DNA of 64,000 bases. It comes from Takakia lepidozioides (taxonomy: Eukaryota > Plantae > Bryophyta). The notes under the pieces are model-generated. The model had not been told where the DNA came from. It was given only the letters and a program-made list of their open reading frames with translations, and searched no databases. Positions 62,721-64,000 of the stretch are shown piece after piece. The stretch lies in the NCBI GenBank assembly GCA_030704615.1, contig CM060733.1, positions 23,994,001 to 24,058,000 of the forward strand, in the 5' to 3' direction. Within the stretch, counting starts at the first letter, position 1. Every line of letters begins with the position of its first letter. A program made the position numbers and the translations under genes.

Positions 62721-64000
62721 TGAAATGTTCCACAAAAGTGTACATCATATATAAAAATGAACAGGTCTGCACAACAGACCACATGAGTGAATTTTCATTT
62801 ATTGCCAGGCCTAGATGAAATAACCCACCTCGGCTTTGCAACAAAATTTTGTCCTGGGGTTTATTAACACTTTGTGGTCCCGTTCTAGACGCTTCATACA
62901 CTCCATGGATCGAACTGGCCCCTACGGTGGGGGTTATCACTACTGGTACACCCTTTGTGCTTGACCGCATGTTGAGCATCTGCGACGGACCACGAGCTGA
63001 GACCTCAGACGCCATAACCTTCACACAAATATCAGACAACAAAACATCAGCAATGACCACCCAAATGCACTGGGGAAAAAAAATGGACTGCAAAAATGCA
63101 ATGGAATCAGACTTTTGTGGGCGCTGTGGGTGTCTGCAATTGCACCACTCTTGTGGCAGGTATATCTTCGACTACAGTGACTGGTTCCACAGAATGAGAA
63201 GGGACAGAAACATGTGCGTGTGTTTCGACAAGGTCTGATGAATGGTCTGCTATGGGGTCGAACATGCGGAGCATATCAACGGATTGGTCTATTGCCAGTA
63301 GTGGGTCTACAGACGAGTCGGGGTCCACAAAAGTAAGCGGCAAAACGGCCAAAGATGCACCCTCATCTACAGTAGACCCTGCCTCTAACAGATGGGGAAG
63401 GTCACCGACCAAACTGTCAGAGTCATAGTCCATTGTTGCAATTGCAGAATTGGTCTGTACTATGGATAAATGAGCACTGACGCCTTCCCGGTTCTATTCA
63501 GGCAGTGCTGTGTCAAAAGGTCTGGTGGCAATGGTAAGGACCACTACCATTCTCTGCTTCTCAGCAGATGTTGCAGTGGGGGGGAAAAGAATTGCTCATC
63601 TCATTTTTGGCAACTCGTATGTGCCAGGGAGGATGGGTGTTGCTTCCTGGGTTATCGCCAAGTCTCCAGATGGTCTGATGTCCTGCACTGGTAAGGTCTG
63701 CTGATGTTGGAATGGTGAGGTGTCGGCGTCCATACCTGCGTCGCGATGCACTTCTGCGGTGCATTTGTCAAGCAATGTACCAGCCAGGGTGTCCTCCGGC
63801 AAGGTCTGATCTTCTCTCCTTTGCTCCAGCAAGGTCTGATCAGGTCTGCACTGGTCGGGAAATGTCTGCTCTGAGATGGTGTGGTGTGGTGTGGTATCCT
63901 CTGGTCTTTTGGGGTATGGTCTGTTGTGCACTCGGATTGTGTGGAGTCCTGCACTGTGGTCTGGTCTGCTGTGGTCTGCTCTTGTCTTGTCTGGTGTGGG

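Noticed and set aside
62599-63433. Possible mudrB-like convergent second gene of the MULE
   Set aside because: Only broken, low-complexity ORFs; no motif to support a call.

Overview
Eukaryotic nuclear DNA from an early-diverging land plant, most likely a moss (PLS-PPR-DYW editing factors, a KP4-like gene, CCCTAAA repeats, GT-AG introns). The region is TE-rich and heterochromatin-like. Main contents: (1) A 12-kb Ty3/gypsy-type retrotransposon (3963-15963, minus strand) whose polyprotein runs gag - protease - DNMT3-like C5 cytosine methyltransferase - RT - RNase H - integrase - PHD finger. It has an apparent self-priming PBS and, instead of two ordinary LTRs, split direct repeats (X-internal-Y-X-Y) with a 4-bp TSD, which suggests integration from a circular intermediate. 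(2) A cluster of PPR-DYW RNA-editing genes and pseudogenes whose N-termini carry OSB-type PDF ssDNA-binding motifs; one copy looks intact (30964-35223). (3) Decayed CRE-like and RNase H + RLE (Dualen-like) LINEs, MULE transposases, a Tc1/mariner-type MITE, a TIR-bounded segment holding host exon fragments and a KP4 killer-toxin-like pseudogene, and scattered host-gene fragments. All assignments come from reading motifs by eye; no database searches were run.
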